Source of the DNA: Methanobacteriota archaeon
GTDB taxonomy: Archaea; Methanobacteriota; Methanobacteria; Methanobacteriales; Methanobacteriaceae
Direction of reading: 5' to 3'
Length of the DNA: 32,000 nucleotides
Assembly: GCA_029556335.1 (NCBI GenBank)
Contig: JAKQFA010000006.1
Location: forward strand, 238,741-270,740
Positions 1 through 10,014 of this stretch are shown here, piece by piece. The first letter of the stretch is position 1, and the number at the start of each line of letters is the position of its first letter. The translations under genes were made by a program, and so were the position numbers. Below the pieces are notes generated by a model. That model ran no database searches and was not told the origin of the DNA. It saw only the letters and a list, made by a program, of their open reading frames with translations.

Positions 1-115
1 CGTACCGAGCCAGATCGGGTGCTACATCAGTTAGACTGTCCTTCAGTGTCTGAAATGATTGGGGATTCATAACTTTAAGATTTTCCATGCCTTTCTCAAA
101 TCTGCTCTTCCTCAT
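1..115 (-). CDS. Carboxymuconolactone decarboxylase (AhpD-like) family protein, N-terminal fragment; the gene runs off the window
   Basis: Minus-strand translation from ATG at 115 gives MRKSRFEKGMENLKVMNPQSFQTLKDSLTDVAPDLARY, an N-terminal pattern typical of CMD-family proteins. A GGTGA SD (complement of 120-124) lies 4 nt upstream. The fragment is too short to appear in the ORF track. Confidence 0.5.
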   Translation of the reverse strand, partial: MRKSRFEKGMENLKVMNPQSFQTLKDSLTDVAPDLARY

Positions 116-444
116 TTTCTCACCAAAAATATCTCTTTTCTGTAGGTAGAAGTATTTTTTAAAAACTAATAGTATTAATACTAAATTTAGGATAATCTAA
201 GTGAAGTACACTGTGAAGTTGGTGAAGATAAAAATTCACAAGTTTCTTCTACCATGAGCTTGGCATTAGTCATTTCACTGCTTCAACACCTAAACACAAT
301 CTGCAGGGGAAGTAAAGTACACTTTGGATAGGTGCTCCAAGTGCCAGTGACGCCCACAAATCAGAAGGCCCATAGGATACAACAAACCCTGTATGGAGCA
401 TCATCAATATCAAAGAAACTCTATAAGGAATATTAATGATTTAA

Positions 445-1104
445 ATGAAGCCTCGAGTTATATTAAATGCTGCCATGACTTTGGATGGTAAAATAGCCAC
501 CAAAAAGGGTAGTTCTGAAATATCTGGTGATGAAGATCTTTTAAGGGTTCATGTATTGCGAAGGGACTGTGATGCCATCATGGTGGGCATTAACACGGTG
601 TTAGCTGATGATCCTCGCCTTACCATCCATAAAATTCCTTCAAATCCAGCTGATAATCCTATACGGGTGGTGGTGGATAGTCAGGCCCGAACACCACTCT
701 CTTCACGGGTTCTATCTGAAGATGCCCCCACCATCATTGCCGTGAGTAAAAGAGCTCCACTGGATAGATTGGACAAACTTAGTCAGCAAGCTAAGATAAT
801 CATTTGTGGTCAAGAAAAGGTGGATCTAGAATGTTTAATGGATAATTTAAAAGACCAGGGTATATGTACTCTCATGTTAGAGGGCGGATCTGCACTAAAC
901 TTTTCTATGCTCTCTCATGGTCTGGTTGATGAGGTCCGGGTGTGTGTGGCGCCTATGATTGTGGGTGGAAGTCAGGCCAAGACACTGGTGGATGGTGATG
1001 GTATGGATTACATGTCCCAGGCTGTGAAACTTAACTTAAAAAAATCATACCCGTTGGGTGAAGATCTCATCCTGGAATATGAAGTCATATCCTCAGGGGA
1101 ATGA
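445..1104 (+). CDS. arfC: 2,5-diamino-6-(ribosylamino)-4(3H)-pyrimidinone 5'-phosphate reductase (RibD C-terminal-domain type, archaeal riboflavin/F420 pathway)
   Basis: A 219-aa single-domain protein with a DHFR-like reductase signature: MKPRVILNAAMTLDGKIA at the N-terminus, then DDPRLT and MLEGGSALNFS. Length and motifs match the archaeal DAROPP reductase. Confidence 0.85.
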   Translation: MKPRVILNAAMTLDGKIATKKGSSEISGDEDLLRVHVLRRDCDAIMVGINTVLADDPRLTIHKIPSNPADNPIRVVVDSQARTPLSSRVLSEDAPTIIAVSKRAPLDRLDKLSQQAKIIICGQEKVDLECLMDNLKDQGICTLMLEGGSALNFSMLSHGLVDEVRVCVAPMIVGGSQAKTLVDGDGMDYMSQAVKLNLKKSYPLGEDLILEYEVISSGE

Positions 1105-1110
1105 CAACCT

Positions 1111-1118
1111 AAAAAAAA
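1111..1118 (-). terminator. Oligo-T tract (T8 on the minus strand) downstream of the PHP gene, preceded by a small hairpin (ggataa 1137-1142 / ttatcc 1151-1156)
   Basis: A8 on the plus strand equals T8 on the minus strand, about 50 nt past the minus-strand stop at 1167. Archaeal intrinsic termination uses oligo-T tracts. The site sits between convergent genes. Confidence 0.35.
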
Positions 1119-1166
1119 TTGTTCATCAATTTTAAGGGATAATAGACTATTTATCCTTATTTGAAT

Positions 1167-1832
1167 CTATATTATGCCCTTTTTTCGTAGAATTCTCTGA
1201 GGATTATCTTTAAGGACGGTGGGAAGCATTTTTTTGGGTAAACCTGCCCCTACTGCTATTTTACTGGCCATTTCGTAGTTTATCAAGTCTCCTGGGGCGT
1301 GGGTGTCGGTGTTAACCACCAGTTTGGCTCCCACCTCCAGTGCCATCCGAACCACGTGGCCATTACCCAGACTGTGACCTCGCCTAGCACTTATTTCAAG
1401 GGCAATATCATTTTCACGAGCTATTTCAGCTTCTTCTCTAGTTATAAGTCCTGGATGTGCCAGGATATCCACATCCGGGCAGTTAACTGCACTCCAGTTA
1501 GTGCCTTCGATTACTGGTTCCACCAGGGTCTCACCATGAACCACTATTATCTCTGCTCCTTTTTCTCTGGCCATACTGGCTAATTTAGGAATTATCTCCG
1601 AAGGGGCATGTGTTATCTCAGCCCCGGGTATGATCTCAATATCCCAGTTTTCACGGATATCCATCACTGCGTCTATGACCTTCCCTACGCAGTTGATGTT
1701 GGAGGCATCCACATGGTCGGTAATGGCCAGGGCTTGGTGATTTAAAACACTGGCGCGCCTTGCTAATTCGGATGGTAAGAGCTCTCCATCGCTGAAAATG
1801 CTATGTGTATGCAGATCAATTCTTTTTTCTAT
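1167..1832 (-). CDS. PHP-domain metal-dependent phosphoesterase (histidinol-phosphatase-like); the start codon is uncertain
   Basis: The track ORF (1167..1712) starts at GTG, but the same frame stays open upstream to a TAA at 1866-1868. That upstream stretch encodes [23 protein letters not shown], which is PHP motif I (HxH). No ATG, GTG or TTG occurs in that stretch, so the 5' end given here (ATA at 1832) is provisional. Confidence 0.7.
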   Translation of the reverse strand: MEKRIDLHTHSIFSDGELLPSELARRASVLNHQALAITDHVDASNINCVGKVIDAVMDIRENWDIEIIPGAEITHAPSEIIPKLASMAREKGAEIIVVHGETLVEPVIEGTNWSAVNCPDVDILAHPGLITREEAEIARENDIALEISARRGHSLGNGHVVRMALEVGAKLVVNTDTHAPGDLINYEMASKIAVGAGLPKKMLPTVLKDNPQRILRKKGII

Positions 1833-1904
1833 ACTGGGTCCCCCTAGGGTTTCTAACTTGATAGATTATTTTAGGTGGAAGCATATAATAAAGGTAGTGA
1901 TAGA

Positions 1905-2783
1905 ATGCAGTGTTCTGTTTTTGTCCCATCCCACATAACTGGCTTTTTCGAGATAAAAAAACATAGTGAACCCCTTTTATCAGGTTCAAGGGGAGCAGGA
2001 GTTACCCTGGACCAGGGAGTGCATACCCGGGTTGTGGTGGAAGAAGGAGGGGGAAAACTGAAGATAGTGGTTAATGGACAGATTCAGAGCAACCAGAAGT
2101 TCATATCGAAGATTGTCCGGGATCTGCTGGGGCAAAGATCTTCTGAACTCAATCTGGATCACTTCAACATTAGAGTTGAACATGAACATGAAGTACCGGC
2201 AGGATCTGGATTCGGAGTTTCTGCAGCATGTGCCCTGGGAGCTTCTTTAGGCTTATCAAATTGTTTGAAGTTACCTTTGACCTTTAATCAGGCATGTGAA
2301 GTGGCTCATCTCGCAGAGTTAGAACTTGCCAGTGGATTGGGAGATGTCATGGGCGAAGCACATGGGGGGATAGTTTTAAGATTGAAAGAGGGAGCTCCCG
2401 GGTGGGGCATGGCTGATCGCATCTTGTTAGATGAGGAGCTCTACGTGATATCCCGAACCCTGGGGGAGATTGATACTGCTGATATCATCAACAACCCCCA
2501 ACATCAGGCTAGAATAAATCAAGCTGGATCAGAACTTCTGGGTTTACTTTTAAATAATCCCACTCCCACCCAGTTCATGCATCTATCCCGGAGATTTATC
2601 CATGAAGCTCAACTAATGGATGAGGAGCTTGAAGAAATACTCAAAATAATGGATGAGGAGAGCCTAGGTGCCTCCATGGCCATGTTAGGCCAAACTGCAT
2701 TTGCAATATCATCAGAACCATATTCCAGTGTTGAAAAAACTTTAGTGAGTAGAATAGATAACTGGGGGTGCCGGTTTTTATAA
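1905..2783 (+). CDS. Pantoate kinase (archaeal CoA pathway, GHMP kinase family)
   Basis: MQCSVFVPSHITGFFEI at the N-terminus and a GHMP motif (PAGSGFGVSAA) match archaeal pantoate kinases. ATG 1905 is preferred over GTG 1875 because it places the conserved VPxHITGFF motif at the N-terminus and follows a GGTAGTGA SD-like element. Confidence 0.8.
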   Translation: MQCSVFVPSHITGFFEIKKHSEPLLSGSRGAGVTLDQGVHTRVVVEEGGGKLKIVVNGQIQSNQKFISKIVRDLLGQRSSELNLDHFNIRVEHEHEVPAGSGFGVSAACALGASLGLSNCLKLPLTFNQACEVAHLAELELASGLGDVMGEAHGGIVLRLKEGAPGWGMADRILLDEELYVISRTLGEIDTADIINNPQHQARINQAGSELLGLLLNNPTPTQFMHLSRRFIHEAQLMDEELEEILKIMDEESLGASMAMLGQTAFAISSEPYSSVEKTLVSRIDNWGCRFL

Positions 2784-2845
2784 TAAAATTTTGATAAAGC
2801 AATTTCTGGGTAATAACTAGAAGAAAATGAATTAGTGAAACTGAT

Positions 2846-3538
2846 TCACACTGGTCCTAACATTTGCTCTCCTTTTTTTGACACTCTCCCATCCAGGACG
2901 TACACGATCCGGTCTGCCATCTTCGCCACGTAAGGCTCGTGGGTTACCATAACAAGGGTTACGTTTTCCTGTTCATGAAGATTGCGCAGTAACTTCAAAA
3001 TAATATCTCCAGTCTTGGAATCCAGGGATCCGGTGGGTTCATCAGCTAGAATAATTGATGGATGGTTCACCAGGGCTCGAGCAATAGCTACTCTCTGCCG
3101 CTCTCCACCGGATAGTTTGTTCGGTGTTTGACGGATCTTGTCTTCCAATCCCACAGCTTTTAAAAGCCCCATAACTCTATTCTCCATTTGCTTGGAGTTC
3201 AGATTACCTTCCAACATGGGGATTTTCACGTTTTCCAGGACGTTAAGGTTGGGGATGAGATTGTGCATCTGGAATACAAAGCCTATCTCTTGGGATCTGA
3301 ACTGGCTCAAATCCTTTTTAACTGTGAGATCAATACCATTCACCATAATTTGGCCGCTGTCAGGGGTATCCAATGCTCCGATCATGTTCAGGAGCGTAGA
3401 TTTCCCAGAGCCGGAAGGGCCCATTATGGATACAAATTCTCCCCTTTTAATGTTAAGGTTCAAGCCATTCAGGGCGGTGATTTTCCCGTGATCATACCTT
3501 TTTTTCAGATCCTTGATCTGGATTATAGGTTTATTCAT
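2846..3538 (-). CDS. ABC transporter ATP-binding protein (MacB/LolD-like)
   Basis: Walker [10 protein letters not shown], signature [15 protein letters not shown], Walker [12 protein letters not shown] and H-loop VTHE are all present. The start [15 protein letters not shown] at 3538 overlaps the permease stop in the string ATGAATAA. Confidence 0.9.
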   Translation of the reverse strand: MNKPIIQIKDLKKRYDHGKITALNGLNLNIKRGEFVSIMGPSGSGKSTLLNMIGALDTPDSGQIMVNGIDLTVKKDLSQFRSQEIGFVFQMHNLIPNLNVLENVKIPMLEGNLNSKQMENRVMGLLKAVGLEDKIRQTPNKLSGGERQRVAIARALVNHPSIILADEPTGSLDSKTGDIILKLLRNLHEQENVTLVMVTHEPYVAKMADRIVYVLDGRVSKKGEQMLGPV

Positions 3539-4652
3539 AACGCAGTGCCTCGGTTGGTGGGAGCCGGGAAGCCCGGTAGGCTGGGTAAATTCCACCCAGC
3601 ACACCCACTAGGATTGCCACTAAAAAACCCCTTACGAACACATCTAAAGAGTAAGCAGGGCTTATTTTTCCACTCAATAGACTCAATCCGGCTTCAGCTG
3701 CCAGGATACCAAGGACAGTACCCACTACAGCTGCAATAAGGGTTAGAACAATTGATTCCCCCATGATCATGCCCAAAATTCTCCTACTCCTCCAACCCAC
3801 TGCTTTCAGGACCCCTATTTCTCTGGTACGTTCATATATTGACATAATCATGGTATTTACCACTCCAACTCCTCCGATAAATATTGCTAGTAATGAAATG
3901 GCCCAAGTTGCCGAGTCAATGATGCCGAGTCCTTCGTTGATTCTGTCGCTGAGGGCGCTGGCTGAGGAGGCAGTTAGTTCATTGGGGTAGGTGGCTTCAA
4001 TATTTTGACTAAGTTCCGTTAGGTTGGTATCATCATAAACTTGCACATATATGGTTGAAACTTCTCCTTGACTGTTGGTTATGTTCTGTAGGGTATCTAA
4101 GGAGGTGAAAGCCGCCCCATCGTACATTATGTTACCGGTTTCAAATATACCGGTAATGGTAAAAGATTCTCCGAATAGATTAATGCTATCTCCCACCTTT
4201 TTTTCTAGTGACTCTGCTGCGGTTTTCCCTAGAATGATCTCTTTGCTGCCACTGGAAAACATGGCACCCTCCACACTATCAATGTCCACCACACTGATCT
4301 TATCCCGGGGTATGCCATTAACAGAAAAGGATCCAAAACCTCCCTTAACTGGGTTGTTGATGGTGGGAGTTTTTCTCAAAACACCTGCTGCATTTTTAAC
4401 ACCACTGATGTCGCTTAACTCATTCACCCGAGCCTCATCTATGGTGCCTGACATAAAATTAGAATTTGCTTCTGTTACCGTCAGATCTGAACCTCCTGCC
4501 TTCAGGGTCTCTGAAGTTGCTGCTTTCAAGCCACCGGTTACTAGGCCCAGGGCCACTATGGTGGCGATGCCCACAGCTATGCCCACAATTGCCAGTGCAT
4601 TCCTAGTTTTATTCCGGAATGGATTTTTTAGAATGAGTGAAAAGTAAGACAT
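3531..4652 (-). CDS. ABC transporter permease, FtsX/MacB type with a large extracytoplasmic domain
   Basis: The protein has an N-terminal TM (ALAIVGIAVGIATIVALGLV), a periplasmic-type domain of about 220 aa, and a C-terminal FtsX 3-TM module (IGVLKAVGWRSRRILGMIMGESIVL). The start MSYFSLILKNPFRNK at 4652 follows a GAGGT SD. An 8-nt overlap with the ATPase gene suggests translational coupling. Confidence 0.85.
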   Translation of the reverse strand: MSYFSLILKNPFRNKTRNALAIVGIAVGIATIVALGLVTGGLKAATSETLKAGGSDLTVTEANSNFMSGTIDEARVNELSDISGVKNAAGVLRKTPTINNPVKGGFGSFSVNGIPRDKISVVDIDSVEGAMFSSGSKEIILGKTAAESLEKKVGDSINLFGESFTITGIFETGNIMYDGAAFTSLDTLQNITNSQGEVSTIYVQVYDDTNLTELSQNIEATYPNELTASSASALSDRINEGLGIIDSATWAISLLAIFIGGVGVVNTMIMSIYERTREIGVLKAVGWRSRRILGMIMGESIVLTLIAAVVGTVLGILAAEAGLSLLSGKISPAYSLDVFVRGFLVAILVGVLGGIYPAYRASRLPPTEALRYE

Positions 4653-4791
4653 GCAACCTCTATTACTCCCTGTGTTTAATAAAATTATGCCCCCAAATTG
4701 GGACTGCATTGGCGAATTATTGCTGCATATTATGTAAATTGTGTATAAAGATAGTTAACGATATAAAACACCTTTTATAGTACATCTGGTT

Positions 4792-5589
4792 TTAGGGAAT
4801 GGAAACATCCTCGATTTGGTACCTGATCCCCTCTTCATCTAGTTTGCAAGTGATACTAAGGGTCATTTTACCCACAGCAAATACTAGGATATTAAGTCCC
4901 CTTTTAGAAGCTGCTACCGTTGCTTGAGGAGTTGCAAATTCGAAATCAGGCTTGATTCCAATTTTATCCACCACGGCCCGGGACACGGTTCCCATAATGC
5001 CTACCCGGTCAAAATCCTTTTCAGATCCTACCATAATCCTGCGCACCTTTTCCAGATCTGTCTTCTTAGACCCGCCCTGATTAATGGGGGGAAGCTTTAC
5101 TATTACCACGGATCCTGGCTCCAATTCTATGGTTCCACCCAGACTACTTAAGGCAACATCTTCACCTTTATGTGCATCATGAAGAACCTCGGCATGGGCT
5201 GGTGATTTATCCTTTCCTGCGAATAGCGTTCCATCCACCATCCTCAACCACACCCTTTCTCCAGCAGCCAAGTCTTCCAGAGCCAGGGCCGGCCACACTG
5301 ATTTGTATGTGTTCATGGTATCCAGAACCTGATCTGCATATTTACGAAGATCAAGTGCCTCTTTTTTAACCTTGTCTATACCTCGTTTTGTGATTTTGTA
5401 GCGGAAGTTTCCGCGGCCAGTTTCCACTAGACCCTCATCTGTCAGGTTTTTAATATTCTCAGAAACCGCCTGGATGGTTATACCCATTTTATTGGCTATA
5501 TCCTTCTGGCGTAGATGCGGATCTCCCCTGGCTATCTCAGCCAGTATCTGGAAACGGGTTATTTCACCTTTTTTTTTGAAAACTTTCAT
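4792..5589 (-). CDS. Winged-helix transcriptional regulator with an uncharacterised C-terminal domain
   Basis: The N-terminal wHTH reads [47 protein letters not shown]. About 180 aa of C-terminal sequence could not be assigned. ATG 5589 is preferred because a GGTGA lies 5 nt upstream, and the track start at 5664 is a TTG. Confidence 0.6.
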   Translation of the reverse strand: MKVFKKKGEITRFQILAEIARGDPHLRQKDIANKMGITIQAVSENIKNLTDEGLVETGRGNFRYKITKRGIDKVKKEALDLRKYADQVLDTMNTYKSVWPALALEDLAAGERVWLRMVDGTLFAGKDKSPAHAEVLHDAHKGEDVALSSLGGTIELEPGSVVIVKLPPINQGGSKKTDLEKVRRIMVGSEKDFDRVGIMGTVSRAVVDKIGIKPDFEFATPQATVAASKRGLNILVFAVGKMTLSITCKLDEEGIRYQIEDVSIP

Positions 5590-5664
5590 TACCATCACCA
5601 AGTGTTTTTTTAACCACTTTATAGGGGGAACTTTACTTTTATTTGATGGAGCTACTAAACTCAA

Positions 5665-7065
5665 CTAAATTAAACCAGTAATGGAGTTGTTAAATATTTT
5701 TAGGAAGTCTTCTTTCTTTTCAGTGGGAATATAAGCGCCACAAGCCACGGAATGTCCCCCTCCAGTCCCTCCAACCTTGTCAGCCACTTTTTTTATCAAG
5801 TTGCCAAAATGTATTCCGTCGTAAGCCAAAAGCCTTGAACAGCGTAGGGAAACTTTTAGACCATCTTTTTCGTCTCCCATTTCTGTAAAAGCCATCATGG
5901 GCTTTTGCCATTGTTTTTTTTCTCCCTCCATCTTTTCCTGATCATCACCGTAGGTTAACAACATGCCAGCTATGGTTCCAATTACGTTGCTTTTAATTTC
6001 ATTTCCCTCAAAATAGCGAATATTTTCCAGGGACTTAATTTGACCTTCATTTTCTATCCATTCCATCTTTTGAGCCAGGTATCTCCGATGTTTTTTGGTC
6101 AAGCTCTGCATGTCTTGTAATGCTATTCCACGATTACCTTTAAGGACTTTTAAAGCTATTTCGGGCTGGTCATGGCGGCTGCAGGCGTTAACTGCTGTTG
6201 AAAATTCACTGGCATCACGGAGTGGGGAGTACCTTTCCTCGTTTAAAAAATCGTAGAAGTCACCAGAAACCAGGAGAGGGATGTATTTAACATATTTTGA
6301 GGGTACTTCTCGTGTCAACATCTTTACTAACTCTGAGAACAGTTTTTCTTTCTCATTTTCATTTAAATCAGATAAAGTTCGGGGTACCTTACCTTTTTTA
6401 CGGGCTATGTCGAGTTTTTTGAGTAGTTCGATGCATTCATTTTTGTTATTACTTATGGGGAGTTTAACATCTCCAAAATAGGATAAAGCAATGTATAGGG
6501 GGCGAGTTTGCCGGCCATAAATTGCCAGATCATTAAAAGTTCGAACCAGACCCCTTTGAACACCATCTTTTAGTATATACGTATTTAATCCTTCTAATCT
6601 TCCAGTTAAACTATTTTGCATATCCCCCACGGCACTCAGAACTCCGATCCAGCTCAGATCCTCGAAGCCGAATTTTTTTGCCAGCAAGTAGGACAAGCCC
6701 CCACCCGAGACCTGGCTGGATCCGTCTATATCAAAGTAGTAGGGATTTATTTCAATGAACTCGCCCTTCCAGGTTGATCCCATCTTTCTTAAAGGGGGGT
6801 GATGGTCTAGGATTAAAACTTTGGAGTTGGAAGTGGTAAAATGGTCCAGATTCTGTCCAGAGCCCAGGTCAGAAAATATGGTCAACTCGTTTTCAGACTT
6901 CAGCCCGGGGATCATATCCAGACTGATAAATTCTACTTCATGATCTACTCCTAGGCGGTCCAGGGTGGAGGATAGAATTGCCCCTGCGGATATACCATCA
7001 CAATCGATGTGAGTTAAAATTTTGATGTCTTCAGAATTCTTCACCAATTCATGGGCCTTATGCAT
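5665..7065 (-). CDS. RecJ-like DHH/DHHA1 family phosphoesterase (archaeal RecJ/GAN-type nuclease)
   Basis: DHH motifs are present: [26 protein letters not shown], and DHHA1 [10 protein letters not shown] near the C-terminus. The length of 466 aa is typical of archaeal RecJ homologs. Confidence 0.8.
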   Translation of the reverse strand: MHKAHELVKNSEDIKILTHIDCDGISAGAILSSTLDRLGVDHEVEFISLDMIPGLKSENELTIFSDLGSGQNLDHFTTSNSKVLILDHHPPLRKMGSTWKGEFIEINPYYFDIDGSSQVSGGGLSYLLAKKFGFEDLSWIGVLSAVGDMQNSLTGRLEGLNTYILKDGVQRGLVRTFNDLAIYGRQTRPLYIALSYFGDVKLPISNNKNECIELLKKLDIARKKGKVPRTLSDLNENEKEKLFSELVKMLTREVPSKYVKYIPLLVSGDFYDFLNEERYSPLRDASEFSTAVNACSRHDQPEIALKVLKGNRGIALQDMQSLTKKHRRYLAQKMEWIENEGQIKSLENIRYFEGNEIKSNVIGTIAGMLLTYGDDQEKMEGEKKQWQKPMMAFTEMGDEKDGLKVSLRCSRLLAYDGIHFGNLIKKVADKVGGTGGGHSVACGAYIPTEKKEDFLKIFNNSITGLI

Positions 7066-7149
7066 GGGCTGATCCAGTGGCTGTGGAATATTTCCCTGGA
7101 TATTTTTTTTATTAACAAATTTTAAGAGATTAGTTTGTAAAAAATCACC

Positions 7150-7449
7150 TTATTTATGTTTTTTATCCGATCTGGACGATTTGATGAGGTTACTGATCTT
7201 CAGAATCAATTCGCGTTTGGAAAATTTTCTATCCACAATCACCCTTCCAGAGTTTTCCCACCATGACTTTGGATATGATTTTCCTTTATCAGTATAGGGA
7301 TTTAAACCCAGTTTAACTGCGGCCTGCTTGATTTCACGAATTTTAGGTGTTGAAACTGCTTGGTTTATGGGAATTTTTCTCCCTTCCCTCTGGGACTTTT
7401 TCGAGTCCAGATAAGCCGGCCAGATCATGGTTCTATCTTTATCTGCCAT
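7150..7449 (-). CDS. srp19: Signal recognition particle protein SRP19
   Basis: A 99-aa protein with [18 protein letters not shown] and a basic C-terminus, which is the characteristic SRP19 pattern. Confidence 0.9.
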   Translation of the reverse strand: MADKDRTMIWPAYLDSKKSQREGRKIPINQAVSTPKIREIKQAAVKLGLNPYTDKGKSYPKSWWENSGRVIVDRKFSKRELILKISNLIKSSRSDKKHK

Positions 7450-7474
7450 ACTAATCCATCTCTTAACCTATCTC

Positions 7475-8272
7475 TTAAAGTCTATCTTCATCCATCTCTT
7501 CTATCATTATATCCAACATGGCCTCTACTGTGTATTTTGAGGGAGCAATGTAGGTTAAACCATATTCCTGAATGGCATCCCCAGTTATTGGTCCAATGGC
7601 TACCAGCATGATTTTTTCAGAGCTTAAAAAATCTATAAGCTGGTTTTCACTATCCTCAGCGATTTTGAAGAGGTTATGCACGGTTAAAGGGCTAGTGAAC
7701 GTAACAGCGTCTACTTCTTCGTTAAATATGCCTTCAATTAAATCTTGCACGGGTTTAATGTCCCGCGGCACGGTGGATTTATATGCTTCAGCCAGTAATA
7801 CCTGGGCACCCAGCTTTCTCAAGCCCTCTGGCAGGACGTCACGGGCCGAAAATGTCCGGGGGATACCTATGATCTTTCCTTCCAGATCCAAGGGGGCCAT
7901 CATCTTCAACAAACCTTCTGCCGTGTAATCTTCAGGCACTAACTCCGCTTTTATTCCGTATCCTTCCAAAGCCCTTTGGGTGCGGGGTCCAATAACAGCG
8001 ATCCTACAATCATCATTTAAATGATGTTTAAAATCCGGGCAGTAATGAAACAATGATTCCAATGAGGCTGGAGAGGTCAATATAACCCAGTCCAGGTTCG
8101 GGGCATGCTGGCACAGTTTCATCAATGATTTTGTGCGGGTCATTTTCAGTTCCAGTGTGGGTGCCAGCCAGGCAGTACCTCCCTCATTGGTGATAATATC
8201 TGCTGCTACTTGCGCCCTCTCCTGGGGCCTGGTGACGGCAATCACCTTCCCTTTCAATCTTTTCATGGCCAT
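7475..8272 (-). CDS. hemD: Uroporphyrinogen-III synthase
   Basis: A HemD-like two-lobe protein of about 265 aa (LKGKVIAVTRPQ..., VILTSPASLESL, AIGPRT, AIGPITG), located directly downstream of cobA. ATG 8272 lies 2 nt after the cobA stop, and the track start at 8278 is a TTG. Confidence 0.8.
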   Translation of the reverse strand: MAMKRLKGKVIAVTRPQERAQVAADIITNEGGTAWLAPTLELKMTRTKSLMKLCQHAPNLDWVILTSPASLESLFHYCPDFKHHLNDDCRIAVIGPRTQRALEGYGIKAELVPEDYTAEGLLKMMAPLDLEGKIIGIPRTFSARDVLPEGLRKLGAQVLLAEAYKSTVPRDIKPVQDLIEGIFNEEVDAVTFTSPLTVHNLFKIAEDSENQLIDFLSSEKIMLVAIGPITGDAIQEYGLTYIAPSKYTVEAMLDIMIEEMDEDRL

Positions 8273-8274
8273 CT

Positions 8275-8994
8275 TCAATTACTACCACTGTTTTTCATTT
8301 GATTGTAAACATCCACCACAGGGCCGATTATCACCAGAGCTGGGGGTTGAACATTTTTTTGGGCTATATCTCCCAGTGCTCCTGTCACTATTCTCTGGCC
8401 AGGCATGGTGCCATTTTCTATGATACACACCGGTGTTTCTGGATCTTTGTACTTCAGGATCTCCTGCACATTTTCTTCCAGATTACCAATACCCATAAGT
8501 ACGATGATGGTGTCGGCGTTAAAGTCCCATTTGACTTGACTTTCAGCTTTGGTAGGGTCCTCATGGCCAGTCACCACAGTAAAGGATGTGGCAACGCCGC
8601 GATGGGTTACAGGCAATCCTATCGTTCCAGGAACTCCAATGGCAGAGGTGACTCCAGGCACGACCTCCACTTCTATTCCATTCTCTAGAAGGGCTAACAT
8701 TTCCTCTCCACCCCTTCCAAAGACGAAGGGATCTCCTCCCTTGAGACGCACCACAGTATCATATTTTTGACCCTCATGGATCAGAATTTGGTTTATTTCA
8801 TCCTGGGTTTTATGATGAACTCCTGCTTTTTTACCAACGTAGATTAGTTTGGCACCTGCAGCTTCTTCAAGTATCTTCTCGTTGGCCAGCCGGTCATAGA
8901 TCACTACATCAGCTTTTTTTAATACTTTTATAGCTTTAATTGTAACCAATTCAGGGTCACCTGGACCTGCACCTACTAAATAAACGACCATCAA
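8275..8994 (-). CDS. cobA: Uroporphyrinogen-III C-methyltransferase (SUMT; precorrin-2 synthase)
   Basis: [40 protein letters not shown] and VPGVTSA are class III tetrapyrrole methylase motifs. Confidence 0.9.
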   Translation of the reverse strand: MMVVYLVGAGPGDPELVTIKAIKVLKKADVVIYDRLANEKILEEAAGAKLIYVGKKAGVHHKTQDEINQILIHEGQKYDTVVRLKGGDPFVFGRGGEEMLALLENGIEVEVVPGVTSAIGVPGTIGLPVTHRGVATSFTVVTGHEDPTKAESQVKWDFNADTIIVLMGIGNLEENVQEILKYKDPETPVCIIENGTMPGQRIVTGALGDIAQKNVQPPALVIIGPVVDVYNQMKNSGSN

Positions 8995-9052
8995 TTCACC
9001 TTGTTAAATGAATATTTTTATAGACCAATGATATTATGATGCGCCATTTAGG

Positions 9053-9703
9053 TTAATAATTAACCATGCCCTTAAAGAACTTTATACCATCATCTGATCC
9101 AAGAATTGACTCTGAAGCCCGCTCAGGATGGGGCATAACTGCACATACTCTTCCATCAAGGTCACAAACTCCAGTTATGCCTTCTATAGATCCATTAGGA
9201 TTGTTTCCCACGAAGCTGAGCACCACTTGATCCTGATCCTTAAGATCATCAATGTGGGGATTATAGTAACGCCCCTCACCATGGGCTATTGGCATCTTTA
9301 TAGTTTCCCCTTTCTTATAGAGCCTTGTGAAGGGACTTCGGGTAGTTTTAACTTCCATCTCTTCCCACTTGCAGATGAACTGGGCATTTTCATTGAGGGT
9401 GAAGACACCAGGAACCAAACCCACCTCAGCCAAGATCTGAGCACCATTGCAGATACCTAGCACCGGCTTATCTTCCTTAACTACCTCTTTAATTCCATCG
9501 ATAACTGGTGTGATGGCGGCTATGGCTCCGGCACGGAGGTAGTCTCCGTAGGAGAACCCGCCAGGTATCACTATGGCGTCGAATTTAGATAGATCTCTCT
9601 GGTTCCACCAGATATATTCACCTTCACATCCCACCAGTCCCAGGACATGAAAAACGTCGCGGTCACAGTTAGAACCAGGGAAGCGGATTATACCCACCTT
9701 CAT
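9053..9703 (-). CDS. purQ: Phosphoribosylformylglycinamidine synthase, glutaminase subunit
   Basis: [16 protein letters not shown] is present, with the catalytic Cys in GICNGAQIL and the HPE triad in MPHPERA. Confidence 0.93.
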   Translation of the reverse strand: MKVGIIRFPGSNCDRDVFHVLGLVGCEGEYIWWNQRDLSKFDAIVIPGGFSYGDYLRAGAIAAITPVIDGIKEVVKEDKPVLGICNGAQILAEVGLVPGVFTLNENAQFICKWEEMEVKTTRSPFTRLYKKGETIKMPIAHGEGRYYNPHIDDLKDQDQVVLSFVGNNPNGSIEGITGVCDLDGRVCAVMPHPERASESILGSDDGIKFFKGMVNY

Positions 9704-9705
9704 GG

Positions 9706-9960
9706 TTACTCATCTCCAGGGATTACTGTGATATGATAATCGTGTATGATGGGGTTGCAAAGAAGTCGCTGGCACATCTGGTCAACTTCTTCCCGGGCGT
9801 CCTCTGGACTTTTTGCTTCCAGAGAAAATGTAACAGTCTCTGCAGTCTTGGTGTCTTCTACATGGTAATTTAAAAGGGCTAGAGCCCTCTGGATGGTAGA
9901 TGCTTCCGGGTTCAACATTCCCTTCTTGAGACTTATCCTTACTTCGGCTTGGTACTTCAT
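9706..9960 (-). CDS. purS: Phosphoribosylformylglycinamidine synthase subunit PurS
   Basis: An 84-aa protein ([21 protein letters not shown]) located immediately upstream of purQ with a 2-nt spacer. Confidence 0.9.
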   Translation of the reverse strand: MKYQAEVRISLKKGMLNPEASTIQRALALLNYHVEDTKTAETVTFSLEAKSPEDAREEVDQMCQRLLCNPIIHDYHITVIPGDE

Positions 9961-10014
9961 CTAAATCACAATCCATTCATATTTTAAAAGCGGTGGGTCT
10001 AATATTTATTAGGC

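Noticed and set aside
116-444. A possible FMN riboswitch upstream of the riboflavin-pathway gene arfC.
   Set aside because: I could not find the conserved FMN-element core segments or the multi-stem junction. FMN riboswitches are not established in methanogens.
1875-1904. GTG 1875 as the start of pantoate kinase, as in the ORF track.
   Set aside because: ATG 1905 places the conserved VPSHITGFF motif at the expected distance from the N-terminus and has an SD-like element. The upstream 10 codons overlap a TATA-like atataataaa.
3188-4647. Long plus-strand ORFs (3138..3491, 3188..3739, 3763..3990, 4075..4647) opposite the ABC transporter genes.
   Set aside because: These are antisense shadow ORFs. 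Their translations are low-complexity (Pro/Ser/Leu-rich) with no motifs, whereas the minus-strand products carry complete ABC ATPase and FtsX motifs.
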